Of a stretch of DNA of 64,000 bases, positions 35,025 to 44,635 are shown one piece after another. The position numbers were made by a program, and so were the translations under genes. The DNA is from an uncultured Acetobacteraceae bacterium (GTDB lineage Bacteria > Pseudomonadota > Alphaproteobacteria > Acetobacterales > Acetobacteraceae): the NCBI GenBank assembly GCA_964236695.1, contig CAXSFU010000008.1:11069-75068 (forward strand), in the 5' to 3' direction. How positions within the stretch are numbered: position 1 is the stretch's first letter; every line of letters starts with the position of its first letter. A model generated the notes under the pieces. The model saw only the letters and a program-made list of their open reading frames with translations. It was not told the origin of the DNA and ran no database searches.

Positions 35025-36047
35025 TCACCCTGCCCCCGCCGGCACCCCCCGGCTGGTCGAATACTCGAAGTGCAGCGCCTCGTCCGGCCGCAGCAGCGTG
35101 CGGATCGCGTGCGCCGCCATCGCCGCCTCGCTGAACCCCTGCAGGATCAGCTTCAGCTTGCCCGGGTAGGCGCAGATGTCGCCGATCGCGAACACCCCCG
35201 GCACCGAGGTCGCGCACGTCGCCGGCGCCACCTCGACGTGGTGCCGCTCCAGCGCCAGCCCCCAGCCAGCGATCGGCCCCAGGTCCATCGACAGCCCGAA
35301 GAACGCCAGCAGCCGGTCCGCCTCGATCACCCGCGTCTCGCCCGACAGGCTGGCCACCTCGACGCCGCGCAGCACCCCGCCCTCGCCGTGCAGCGCGTGC
35401 AGCTGGAACGGGATCACCAGGTCGATCTCGCCCGCCGCCGCCGCCGCGTCCAGCCGGGCCGCAGTCTCCGGCGCCGCGCGGAACTTCGCGCGCCGGTGCA
35501 CCACGCTGACCCGCTCGGCCACCTCGCGCAGCGACAGCGCCCAGTCCACCGCCGAGTCGCCGCCGCCCGCGATCACCACACGCCGCCCGCGGAAATCCTC
35601 GCGCCGGCGCACGTAGTACTGCACGCCCCCGCTCGCCTCGAACGCCGCCAGCCCGTCGAGCGGCGGCCGGTTCGGCCCGAACGCCCCCGCGCCCGCCGCG
35701 ACCAGCACCGCCCGCGCCCGCACCACGTCGCCCCGGTCCGTGGTCAGCACGAAGGCGCCCGCGGCCCCCTCCAGACGCTCCACCCTGCGCCCGAGCAGCC
35801 GGCGCGGCGAGAACGGCGCCACCTGCGCCTCCAGCCTCGCGATCAGCGCCCCGGCCTCGATCGCGGGATGGCCGGGGATGTCGTAGATCGGCTTCTCCGG
35901 ATACAGCGCGGCGCACTGCCCGCCCACCTCGTCGAGCGCGTCGACCAGCACGCAGCCCAGCGACAGCATCCCGCACTCGAACGCGGCGAACAGGCCGACG
36001 GGGCCGGCGCCGATGATGGCGACCTCTGTCTCGATGTGCTCGGTCAT
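35025..36047 (-). CDS. thioredoxin-reductase-like ferredoxin-NADP(+) reductase
   Basis: IIGAGPVGLFAAFECG, DIPG, IAGGGDSAVDWA, VFAIGD and a C-terminal aromatic tail (HFEYSTS), typical of TrxR-type FNR. There is no CxxC redox motif. Confidence 0.82.
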   Translation of the reverse strand: MTEHIETEVAIIGAGPVGLFAAFECGMLSLGCVLVDALDEVGGQCAALYPEKPIYDIPGHPAIEAGALIARLEAQVAPFSPRRLLGRRVERLEGAAGAFVLTTDRGDVVRARAVLVAAGAGAFGPNRPPLDGLAAFEASGGVQYYVRRREDFRGRRVVIAGGGDSAVDWALSLREVAERVSVVHRRAKFRAAPETAARLDAAAAAGEIDLVIPFQLHALHGEGGVLRGVEVASLSGETRVIEADRLLAFFGLSMDLGPIAGWGLALERHHVEVAPATCATSVPGVFAIGDICAYPGKLKLILQGFSEAAMAAHAIRTLLRPDEALHFEYSTSRGVPAGAG

Positions 36048-36095
36048 CCCGGCAATCTAGGCGGCACCCAGGATGCTGCAAACCCGGAGCGCGCG

Positions 36096-36150
36096 AAGCA
36101 AGGCCAGGGCTCTGCCCTGGACCCGCCAGGGGGAGCCCCCCTGGACCGGC
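36096..36150. repeat. single GC-rich REP-like unit
   Basis: gcaaggccagggctctgccctggacccgccagggggagcccccctggaccgg. Confidence 0.9.
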
Positions 36151-36202
36151 GCATGACAGGGGCGCGTTGTCGCAAGGGCCGGGACACGGCACACTCGCGG
36201 CG

Positions 36203-36676
36203 ATGAGTCCGCCCGCCCGCACCCTCCTGCTCGACGATCTTGACGCAACCGAGGCGCTCGGCCGCGCGGTCGCGGGCGCGCTGCGTCCGGGCGACGCGGT
36301 GCTGCTCGACGGCCCGCTTGGCGCCGGCAAGACCAGCCTCGCCCGCGCCCTGCTGCGCGCCGCCTGCCGCGACCCGACGCTGGAGGTGCCCAGCCCGACC
36401 TACACCCTGGTGCAGGGCTACGACTCCCCGCTCGGCCCGATCCTGCACTTCGACCTGTGGCGCCTGGACGGCCCCGCTGCCCTCGACGAGCTGGGCTGGG
36501 ACGAGGCCCGCGACGGCATCGTCCTGGTCGAGTGGCCCGACCGCCTGGGCGCGCTCCGCCCCGAGGACGCCCTGGCTATCAACCTGCAGCCGCAGGGCGG
36601 GCGTCGCCGCGCCAGCCTCGCCGGCTGGAACGCGCGCCTCGATGCGCTGCTGCTCGCCGCGGCGCGGTTGTCGTGA
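36203..36676 (+). CDS. tsaE: tRNA t6A37 threonylcarbamoyl-transfer ATPase TsaE
   Basis: P-loop LDGPLGAGKTSLAR, SPTYTLV, HFDLWRL and VEWP. Confidence 0.85.
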   Translation: MSPPARTLLLDDLDATEALGRAVAGALRPGDAVLLDGPLGAGKTSLARALLRAACRDPTLEVPSPTYTLVQGYDSPLGPILHFDLWRLDGPAALDELGWDEARDGIVLVEWPDRLGALRPEDALAINLQPQGGRRRASLAGWNARLDALLLAAARLS

Positions 36677-37428
36677 TGGACGCCCCGCCCCGCCCCGCCG
36701 CCAGGGTGCGCCATGCCATGGTGCTCGCCGCCGGCCTGGGCACCCGGATGCGCCCGCTGACCGAGGCCACCGCCAAGCCGCTGCTGCCGCTGGGCGGGCG
36801 CAGCCTGATTGACCACGCGCTCGACCGCCTGCTCGCCGCGGGCGTCGAGCAGGTCGTGGTCAACACCCACTGGCAGGCGGAGCGGCTGGAGGCGCACCTG
36901 CGCGCCCGGCCCGCGCCCTCGGTGACGATCCGCCGCGAGCCCGCCCTGCTCGACACCGGCGGCGCGGTGGCGGCCGCCCTGGCCCGTGGCCTGCTCGGCG
37001 GGGCCTTCTTCACCGTCAACGGCGACAGCGTCTGGCTCGACGGCCCGACCCCCGCCCTCGACCGCCTCGCGGCCGCCTTCGACCCCGCCGAGGCCGACGC
37101 CGTGCTGCTGGTGCACCGTACCTTCCAGGTGCATTCCGAGGTCGGTCCCGGCGACTTCGCGGTCGACGCCTGGGGCATGCCGCGCCGCCCTGCCCCGCGC
37201 GAGATCGTGCCCTACGTCTATGCCGGCGTGCAGCTCGCCACCCCCGCGCTGTTCCGCGACGCCGGCCCGGCGCCGTTCAGCCTGAACGCCCTGTGGGACC
37301 CCGTCATCGCCGCCGGGCGCCTGCGCTGCGTCGTGCACGACGGCCTGTGGTTCCACCTGAGCCGCCCGCAAGACCTATGCGAGGCGGAAACAGCGCTGCT
37401 CGCCCGCGAAACCAGCGAGACCACATGA
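36676..37428 (+). CDS. sugar-1-phosphate nucleotidyltransferase, MurU-like
   Basis: The ATG overlaps the tsaE stop (TGATG). LAAGLGTRMRPLT..KPLLPL is an NTP-transferase signature. The position before addB matches common alphaproteobacterial synteny. Confidence 0.7.
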   Translation: MDAPPRPAARVRHAMVLAAGLGTRMRPLTEATAKPLLPLGGRSLIDHALDRLLAAGVEQVVVNTHWQAERLEAHLRARPAPSVTIRREPALLDTGGAVAAALARGLLGGAFFTVNGDSVWLDGPTPALDRLAAAFDPAEADAVLLVHRTFQVHSEVGPGDFAVDAWGMPRRPAPREIVPYVYAGVQLATPALFRDAGPAPFSLNALWDPVIAAGRLRCVVHDGLWFHLSRPQDLCEAETALLARETSETT

Positions 37429-40400
37429 GCGAGCCAGGCCCCCGCACCGCGCCACACCTGGCTTCGATCCCGGCGACGCTGCCGTTCCTCGACACCCTGG
37501 CGCAGCACTGCCTGGTTCGCGCCGGAGACGACCCGCTCGCCCTGTCGCGCTCGCTGGTGCTGCTGCCGACCCGGCGCGCGGTCCGTGCGCTGGCCGAGGC
37601 CTTCCTGCGCCAGTCCGGCGGACGCGCCCTGCTCCTGCCGCGCATCCTCGCCCTCGGCGCGCTCGACGAGGCGCCGTTCGCGCTGGCCGGCGCGCTCGAC
37701 CTGCCGCCCGCGATCGAGCCGATGCACCGCCTCGCGATCCTGTCCCGCCTGATCCTGGCGCTCGACGGCAGGCACGGCGCGCCCCGCACCGCCGACCGCG
37801 CCTGGACGCTGGCCGCCGAGCTGGCCCGCCTGCTCGACGAGGCGCATCGCTCCGAGGTCGATCTCGCCGAGGCCCTGCCCAGCGCCGTGGAGGCGGGCTT
37901 CGCCGAGCACTGGCAGGTGACGCTCGAGTTCCTGTCCATCGTGACCCGCCTGTGGCCCGCGCTGCTCGCCGAGCGCGGCCAGATGGACCCCACCGCCCGC
38001 CAAGTCGCCCTGCTGCGCGTCCAGGAAGCCGCCTGGGCAGAGGCTCCGCCCGACCACGACGTCATCGTCGCCGGCACCACCGGCGGCATCCCTTCGGTGG
38101 CGCGGCTGCTGCTGTCGGTGGCGCGCCTGCCGCACGGCCTGGTGGTGCTGCCCGGCTTCGACCCGACGCTGTGGCCGGAACCGGGCGCCACCCCGCCCGC
38201 GGAGTCCCACCCGCAGGCCGGCATGCAGCGCCTCGTCGCCGCCATGGGCGCCGGCCCCGGCGACGTCGCCCGCTGGGCCGGGCCGGCGCACATCCCCACC
38301 CACGACCCGGTGCCGGACGCGCGCAGCGCCCTGCTGCGCCTGGCCCTGCTCCCCGCCGGCCGCCTGGCGCAATGGCGCAGCCGATCCGGCGACGCCTTCC
38401 CGCCGGACCTGTCCAGCCCGGCGCCCCGCGACATCGAGAACGACGCCGCCGCCGACGCCGCCGCCCCGCCCGGCCCCGTCGTGCCACCCGCCAGCCACGA
38501 CGGCCTGCACCGCCTGGTCACCGCGGACCAGCAGGAGGAAGCCGCCGCGATCGCGCTGGTGCTGCGCGAGACCCTGGAGCGGCCCGGGGAGCGCGCGGCC
38601 CTGGTCACCCCGGACCGCGAGCTGGCCGCGCGCGTGGTGGCCGAGCTGCTGCGCTTCGGCGTGGTGGTCGACGACAGCGCCGGCGAGCCGCTCGCCGAAA
38701 CCCCGCCTGCCACCTTCCTGCGCCTGCTCGCCCATGCGGTGGCGGAGTCGTTCGCCCCGGCGCCGCTGCTGTCCCTGCTCAAGCACCCGTTCTGCGCCGC
38801 CGGCCTGGCCCCCGCCGACTGCCGCGAGGCCGCGCGCACTCTTGAGCTGACGTGTCTGCGCGGCCCGCGCCCTGCTCCCGGCCTCGCCGGGCTGCGCCAG
38901 TCCCTTGCCGCCAGGGCCCGCGCCGACCTCGAGCGCGAGGCCGCCGTCGCCGCCTCGCGCCCGGTCCCGCTGCCGGCCGGCGACACGCTTGCGAACCCCG
39001 ACGATCCCCCCCCCGACCCGCAGGTCGCCACGCCCGGACGCCGTGCCGCGGCGCTGCGCGAGGCCGGCAGGCTGGTGGACAGGCTGGAGCGCTGCGTGGC
39101 GCCGCTGCTGGCGCTCGCCGCCCACCCGCTGGCGCCCCCCGCCGACGCCCTCGACGCCCTGGTGAAGTCCGCCGAGGCCCTGGCCGCCACGAACGAGGAG
39201 GACGGCGCCGCCCGGCTCTGGCACGCCGAGGACGGCGCCGCCCTGTCCGGCCACCTGTCGGCGCTGGCCGACGCCCTGGCCCCCGGCGTCGCCGACCTGC
39301 CGCCGCAGCCGCTCGACAGCCTGCCCGGCCTGCTCGACGCTTCCCTGGAAGGCCTGGTGGTGCGCTCGCGCCGGGCGCTGCGCGGCCGCGACGGCACGGA
39401 GCACCCGCGGCTGTTCGTCTGGGGCTTGCTGGAGTCGCGGCTGCAGACCGTGGACCTGATGGTCCTGGGCGGCCTGGCCGAGGACGTGTGGCCCGGCGCC
39501 GCCGACCCCGGCCCCTGGATGAGCCGGGCGATGCGCACGGCCGTCGGCCTGCCCTCGCCGGAGCAGCGCGTCGGCCAGGCCGCGCACGACTTCGCCGCCG
39601 CCTGCTGCGCTGCCCCCGCCGTGGTGCTGTCCTGCCCACGCCGCCGCGACGGCGCCCCCGCGGTGCCGTCGCGCTGGCTCGCCCGCCTCGACGCCCTGCT
39701 CGCCGGCTCCGGGCAGGCGCTCGCGGTCCACCCAGCGACCGGATGGGCCCGCGCCATGGACCGCCCCGACGGCGACGCCCGCCCGGTGCAGCCCCCCGCG
39801 CCGCGCCCGCCCGTCGCCCTGCGCCCGCGCCGCCTCAGCGTCACCGAGATCGAGACCTGGCTGCGCGACCCCTACGCGATCTACGCCCGCCACGTGCTGC
39901 GCCTGCGCGCCCTGCCGCCGATCGAGGAGTCCGCCGACGCCGCCGACTACGGCAGTGTCGTGCACGGCGGCCTGGCCAGGTTCCTCGACTCCGTCGGCAC
40001 CACCTGGCCCGTCGACGCCGCCGCCCGGCTCCGCCTCGCCATCGACCAGGCGCTCGACGAGCGCGGCCTGCGCCCCGCCCTGGCCGCCTGGTGGCGCCCC
40101 CGCCTGCGCCGCATCGCCGACTGGGCCGCCGACGAGGAGGTCCGACGCCGCGCCGAGGCCCCCGCCACCGCCGTGCGCCCGGAGATCTCCGGCAGCATCA
40201 GCATCCCCGGCCCCGCCGGCCCGTTCGAGCTGCGCGGCCGCGCCGACCGCATCGAGCGGCACGGCGACTCCCTGTCGATCCTGGACTACAAGACCGGCGC
40301 GCCCCCCACCGGCGCCAAGGTCGACGAGGGCTGGGCGCCGCAGCTCACCCTGCAGGCCGCCATGGCGCTGCGCGGCGCCTTCGGCCCGGAGCTGGCCGGC

Positions 40401-40661
40401 CACGTGATGGAGCTGGCGTACTGGCACCTGTCCGGCGGCTTCGTGCCCGGCGAGGTCAGAGACCCGTTCCGCAGCGACACGGCTAAGATGCAGGACGCCG
40501 CCGAGCTGGCCTGGGACAGCCTGTGCCGCCGCGTCGCCGACTTCGACGACCCGGACTGCCCCTACCTGTCGCAGCCGCACCCGGGCGAGGCGCCGCGCTT
40601 CTCCGACTACGCGCAGCTCGCCCGGGTGGGGGAATGGGCGCTGCTGGACGACGCGGGGTGA
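37425..40661 (+). CDS. addB: double-strand break repair protein AddB (alphaproteobacterial type)
   Basis: The ATG overlaps the upstream stop (ATGA at 37425-37428). VLLPTRRA at the N-terminus and a PD-(D/E)xK nuclease-like C-terminus (GRADRIE...ILDYKTG). Length is about 1078 aa and addA follows. Confidence 0.85.
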   Translation: MSEPGPRTAPHLASIPATLPFLDTLAQHCLVRAGDDPLALSRSLVLLPTRRAVRALAEAFLRQSGGRALLLPRILALGALDEAPFALAGALDLPPAIEPMHRLAILSRLILALDGRHGAPRTADRAWTLAAELARLLDEAHRSEVDLAEALPSAVEAGFAEHWQVTLEFLSIVTRLWPALLAERGQMDPTARQVALLRVQEAAWAEAPPDHDVIVAGTTGGIPSVARLLLSVARLPHGLVVLPGFDPTLWPEPGATPPAESHPQAGMQRLVAAMGAGPGDVARWAGPAHIPTHDPVPDARSALLRLALLPAGRLAQWRSRSGDAFPPDLSSPAPRDIENDAAADAAAPPGPVVPPASHDGLHRLVTADQQEEAAAIALVLRETLERPGERAALVTPDRELAARVVAELLRFGVVVDDSAGEPLAETPPATFLRLLAHAVAESFAPAPLLSLLKHPFCAAGLAPADCREAARTLELTCLRGPRPAPGLAGLRQSLAARARADLEREAAVAASRPVPLPAGDTLANPDDPPPDPQVATPGRRAAALREAGRLVDRLERCVAPLLALAAHPLAPPADALDALVKSAEALAATNEEDGAARLWHAEDGAALSGHLSALADALAPGVADLPPQPLDSLPGLLDASLEGLVVRSRRALRGRDGTEHPRLFVWGLLESRLQTVDLMVLGGLAEDVWPGAADPGPWMSRAMRTAVGLPSPEQRVGQAAHDFAAACCAAPAVVLSCPRRRDGAPAVPSRWLARLDALLAGSGQALAVHPATGWARAMDRPDGDARPVQPPAPRPPVALRPRRLSVTEIETWLRDPYAIYARHVLRLRALPPIEESADAADYGSVVHGGLARFLDSVGTTWPVDAAARLRLAIDQALDERGLRPALAAWWRPRLRRIADWAADEEVRRRAEAPATAVRPEISGSISIPGPAGPFELRGRADRIERHGDSLSILDYKTGAPPTGAKVDEGWAPQLTLQAAMALRGAFGPELAGHVMELAYWHLSGGFVPGEVRDPFRSDTAKMQDAAELAWDSLCRRVADFDDPDCPYLSQPHPGEAPRFSDYAQLARVGEWALLDDAG

Positions 40662-40674
40662 GCCTCGTGCGCGG

Positions 40675-40845
40675 TCAGAGAAGGCCAGGGGCTCTGCCCC
40701 TGGACCCCGCCAAGGGCAGGGCCCTTGGAACCCCGCACCCAGGCATTTTCCCGAACCCGCCGTCCGGACTCCGGCCCGAAGTCGAAGGTTCCAAGGACTT
40801 GTCCTTGGCGGGGTCCAGGGGCAGAGCCCCTGGCCTTCCTGGCTC
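40675..40845. repeat. GC-rich REP/BIME-like inverted pair between addB and addA
   Basis: gaaggccaggggctctgcccctggaccccgccaagggcagggcccttgg ... ccaaggacttgtccttggcggggtccaggggcagagcccctggccttcc. Confidence 0.9.
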
Positions 40846-40851
40846 CCTGCC

Positions 40852-43800
40852 ATGAGCACCGCCCCCCTCGACCCGGGCGCGCGCGCCAACGCCGAGCAGG
40901 CCGAGGCGTCCAACCCCGCCGTCTCCGCCTTCGTGTCCGCCAACGCCGGCACCGGCAAGACCAAGCTGCTGATCGACCGCCTGCTGCGCCTGATGCTGCC
41001 GCGCGAGGTCGACACGCCGTCCGGACGGGCGGTGCAGGGCGGCGCGGACCCGGCGCGCATCCAGTGCCTGACCTTCACCAAGGCGGCGGCGGCGGAGATG
41101 TCGATCCGCCTGCAGAGCCGGCTGGGCCAGTGGGTGACGCTGGACGACGCGGCGCTGGACGAGAAGCTGGCGGCGCTCTCGGTGCCGGCCACGCAGCGGA
41201 CGCGGGCGGCGGCGCGGTCGCTGTTCGCGCGGGTGCTGGACCTGCCGGGCGGGATACGGATCGGCACCATCCACGCGTTCTGCCAGTCGCTGCTGCGCCG
41301 CTTCCCGCTGGAAGCCGGGCTGTCGCCGCATTTCCGGGTGGTGGAGGACGCCGACGCACGCGCCAGCCTGGAGGAGGCGCGCGAGGCGGTGCTGCAGAGC
41401 CCAGACCCGGTGGCGCTCGACACGCTGGCGGGCCTGGTGAGCGCGTCCGGGTTCGGCGGGCTGGTCTCGACGCTGCAGGGACGGCGCGACCGCCTCGGCA
41501 AGGCGCTGGCGCTGCCGGCCCCGGCGCTGCTGGCGGCGCTGCGACGTGCGGTGGGGGCGGTGCAGCCCGACGACGCGGCGATCGTCGCCGAGGCCGCGGC
41601 CGCGGTGGGCGCGGGCGAGGCCGGGGCAGCGCTGGCGGAAGCGCTGCGGCTCCTGAAGGCGGAAGGCTCGGCCAAGGTGGCGGAGCGAGCGACGCGGATG
41701 CTGGGATGGCTCGCCCTGCCGGGGGCGCTGCGGGCGGAGCACTGGGCGGAGTGGCTGGTCGAGCTGGTCAACGACGGCAGGCCGCGCGGCGGGCAGGCGC
41801 TGGTGAACCCCAAGCTGGCCAAGGCGGAACCCTGGGTGCTGGACGCGATGCTGGCCGAGGCGGGGCGGGTGCTCGCGATCGAGGACGGGCGCCGCGCGCT
41901 GCGCCTGGCCGAGGCGACGGCCGCGCTGCTGACCCTGGCCGGCCCGGTGCTGCGCGACTACGCCGCGCGCAAGGAGACGGGAGCGAAACTGGACTACGAC
42001 GACCTGATCGGACGCACCTCGGAGCTGCTGCTCGACCCCGGCGCCGCCTGGGTGCTGTACAAGCTGGACGGCGGCCTCGACCACCTGCTGCTCGACGAGG
42101 TGCAGGACACCTCGCCGGCGCAGTGGCGGATCGCCGGCTCGCTCACCGCCGACTTCTTCACCGGCGAGGGCGCCGAGCGCGACGCGCCCCGTGCCCCGCG
42201 CGACGCAGCGGAGCCGGAAGCCGGCCCGGCGGAGCGCACCGTGTTCGCCGTGGGCGACAGCAAGCAGTCGATCTACTCGTTCCAGGGCGCCGACCCCGAG
42301 CAGTTCGACCACTGGCGCGGCGTGTTCCGCGACCGCGTGCGCTCCGGCGAGCGCGAATGGCGCGACACCACGCTCGACGTCTCGTTCCGCTCCACGGTGC
42401 CGGTGCTGGCGCTGGTGGACGCGGTGTTCGCCGACCCCGCAATTACCCCGGGCGTCACCTCGACCGGCAAGCAGCCACACGTGGCGCACCGCCTGGGCGA
42501 GGCAGGCTGCGTCGAGCTGTGGCCGCTCGCCCCGGTGCCGGACGACGCCGTGGCGGAGCCCTGGGCCGCGCCGCAGCGCAACGCCGGGCTGGTCTCGGCC
42601 CCCCAGCTCCTCGCCAACGAGCTGGCCGCCTGGATCGCCGGCCAGCTCGCCACCGCCCGGCTGGACAGCAAGGGCCGCCGCCTGCACGCCGGCGACGTGC
42701 TGGTCCTGGTGCGCCGCCGCAACGATTTCGCCCGCGCCCTGGTGCGCGCGCTGAAGACCCGCGGCGTGGCGGTCGCAGGCCTCGACCGCCTGGTGCTGAC
42801 CGACCAGCCGGCGGTGCAGGACCTGATGGCGCTGGGCGACTCGCTGCTGCTGCCCGAGGACGACCTGACGCTCGCCTGCGTGCTCACCTCCCCGCTCGGC
42901 GGCGTGTCCGACGACAGCCTGATGCGCCTCGCTGCCGAGCGTCGCGGCCCGCTGTGGCGCACCCTGCGCGAGCGCGCGCCGGAACAGACGGACTGGCAGG
43001 CGGCGTGGGCGTTCCTCTCGACACTGGCGGCGCGCGCGGACTTCGCCGGCCCGCACGCCCTGCTGTCCGAGGCGCTCGGCCCGCTCGGCGGCCGCGCCCG
43101 CCTGTTCGCCCGCCTCGGCCCGGAGGCCGCCGAGCCGGTGGACGAGCTGCTCGGCGCGGCGCTGGCGTATGGCCGCGCCCACCCCCCCTCGCTGCAGGGC
43201 TTCCTGCACTGGCTCCGCCAGTCCGGCGCGGAGGTGAAGCGCCAGGCCGAGGAGGTTGGCGACGCGGTGCGCATCATGACCGTGCACGGGGCGAAAGGCC
43301 TGCAGGCGCCGCTGGTGGTGCTGCCCGACACCACCTCGATGCCGCCCGACGACGGCGCGCTCGCCTGGACGCATGACCCCGACACCGGATTCGCCCTGCC
43401 GCTGTGGGCGCCGCGCCGCGAGTTCCACTGCGCGGCGCTGCAGAAGGTCCGCGACGACGGCGCCGCCGCCCGTGCCGCCGAGTACAACCGCCTGCTCTAC
43501 GTCGCCCTGACCCGGGCCGAGGACCGCCTCGTGGTGTGCGGCTGGCAGGGCCGCCGCGACACCGACCCGGCGTGCTGGTACAGCCTCGTCGAGCAGGGCA
43601 TGCGGTCCCTGCAGGCCGCAGCCACGCCGTTCGGCGCCTGGAACGGGGAGTCGCTGGTCCACGACTCGCCGCAGCGCGCCTTGGTGCCCGCGCCGCGCCA
43701 CGCCGAGGCCGCGGGCAACACCGTGCCGCCGGCCTGGCTGGGACGGGCGCCGGACTGGCGGCCGCACGACCCGCCGCCGGAGCCCTCGCTGCCGCGTCCG

Positions 43801-44385
43801 CTGGCGCCGAGCCGGCCGGACGGCGTGGCGTTCGGCCCGGTGCCGCGCGCAGCCTCCCCGCTGCGCCAGGCCGTCCCGGGCGGTGACCGCTTCCGGCGCG
43901 GCACGCTGATGCACACGCTGCTCCAGCACCTGCCCGCGCTGCCGCCGGAGGCACGCGAGGCGGCCGCCCTGCGCCACGTGTCCGGCGCGGCGCGCGACCT
44001 CGCGCCGGCCGAGGCCGTGTCGCTGGCGCGCGAGGCGCTCGCGGTGCTGGCCACGCCGTCGCTCGCCGCCCTGTTCGGGCCCGGCAGCGTTGCGGAGCAG
44101 CCGCTCACCGGCGTCGTCGGCAGCCTGGTGGTCAGCGGGCGGGTGGACCGGATGGCGGTGCTCGCGGACCAGGTGCTGGTCGCGGACTTCAAGACCGGCC
44201 ACGACGCGCCGGCGGACGTCGAGGCCACGCCGGTGCCCTACCTGCGGCAGATGGCCGCCTACCGCGCGGTGCTGCGCCTGATCTGGGACGGCCGGCCAGT
44301 GGTGTGCGCGCTGGTGTGGACGCGCGGGCCGACGGTCGCGGTGCTGCCGGACTGGCTGCTGGATCGGCATGTGCCGGAGGGGTAG
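40852..44385 (+). CDS. addA: double-strand break repair helicase AddA (UvrD/REP superfamily 1)
   Basis: Walker A SANAGTGKTKLL, LTFTKAAAAEM, LLLDEVQDTSP, TVHGAKGLQAP and a C-terminal nuclease motif (VADFKTG). Confidence 0.9.
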   Translation: MSTAPLDPGARANAEQAEASNPAVSAFVSANAGTGKTKLLIDRLLRLMLPREVDTPSGRAVQGGADPARIQCLTFTKAAAAEMSIRLQSRLGQWVTLDDAALDEKLAALSVPATQRTRAAARSLFARVLDLPGGIRIGTIHAFCQSLLRRFPLEAGLSPHFRVVEDADARASLEEAREAVLQSPDPVALDTLAGLVSASGFGGLVSTLQGRRDRLGKALALPAPALLAALRRAVGAVQPDDAAIVAEAAAAVGAGEAGAALAEALRLLKAEGSAKVAERATRMLGWLALPGALRAEHWAEWLVELVNDGRPRGGQALVNPKLAKAEPWVLDAMLAEAGRVLAIEDGRRALRLAEATAALLTLAGPVLRDYAARKETGAKLDYDDLIGRTSELLLDPGAAWVLYKLDGGLDHLLLDEVQDTSPAQWRIAGSLTADFFTGEGAERDAPRAPRDAAEPEAGPAERTVFAVGDSKQSIYSFQGADPEQFDHWRGVFRDRVRSGEREWRDTTLDVSFRSTVPVLALVDAVFADPAITPGVTSTGKQPHVAHRLGEAGCVELWPLAPVPDDAVAEPWAAPQRNAGLVSAPQLLANELAAWIAGQLATARLDSKGRRLHAGDVLVLVRRRNDFARALVRALKTRGVAVAGLDRLVLTDQPAVQDLMALGDSLLLPEDDLTLACVLTSPLGGVSDDSLMRLAAERRGPLWRTLRERAPEQTDWQAAWAFLSTLAARADFAGPHALLSEALGPLGGRARLFARLGPEAAEPVDELLGAALAYGRAHPPSLQGFLHWLRQSGAEVKRQAEEVGDAVRIMTVHGAKGLQAPLVVLPDTTSMPPDDGALAWTHDPDTGFALPLWAPRREFHCAALQKVRDDGAAARAAEYNRLLYVALTRAEDRLVVCGWQGRRDTDPACWYSLVEQGMRSLQAAATPFGAWNGESLVHDSPQRALVPAPRHAEAAGNTVPPAWLGRAPDWRPHDPPPEPSLPRPLAPSRPDGVAFGPVPRAASPLRQAVPGGDRFRRGTLMHTLLQHLPALPPEAREAAALRHVSGAARDLAPAEAVSLAREALAVLATPSLAALFGPGSVAEQPLTGVVGSLVVSGRVDRMAVLADQVLVADFKTGHDAPADVEATPVPYLRQMAAYRAVLRLIWDGRPVVCALVWTRGPTVAVLPDWLLDRHVPEG

Positions 44386-44387
44386 GC

Positions 44388-44625
44388 AGCAAGCAAGGCT
44401 GGGCTCTCCCTCCGCTGCCATTCCAACGACCCAAGAGGGTCGTTGGAACCTTTGGCAGCTACGCCCAGACCCGCCAGGCGAAGGTGGCCAAAGTTTCCAA
44501 CGATCCGCTTGGATCGTTGGAAAGGCCACCGGAGGGAGCCGTCCCTGGACCCGGCCTTCCTCAAGAATCGGATTCCAAAGGCTTGCCTTTGGCGGGGTCC
44601 AGGGGCAGAGCCCCTGGCCTTCCTT
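44388..44625. repeat. GC-rich REP/BIME-like mosaic with two long-hairpin modules
   Basis: gcaaggctgggctctccctccgc..ccattccaacgacccaagagggtcgttggaacctttggc ... ggccaaagtttccaacgatccgcttggatcgttggaaaggccaccggagggagc ... ccaaaggcttgcctttggcggggtccaggggcagagcccctggccttcc. Confidence 0.9.
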
Positions 44626-44635
44626 ATCTTGCCGC

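Noticed and set aside
37218-44529. ORFs of 1534 aa (37218..41822, -) and 1284 aa (40675..44529, -) opposite addB and addA, and ORF 49131..52505 (-) opposite the dual GT2 gene.
   Set aside because: They are antisense to genes with strong helicase, nuclease or GT2 signatures. Their Gly/Arg/Ala-rich translations have no motifs, and they read straight through REP elements.
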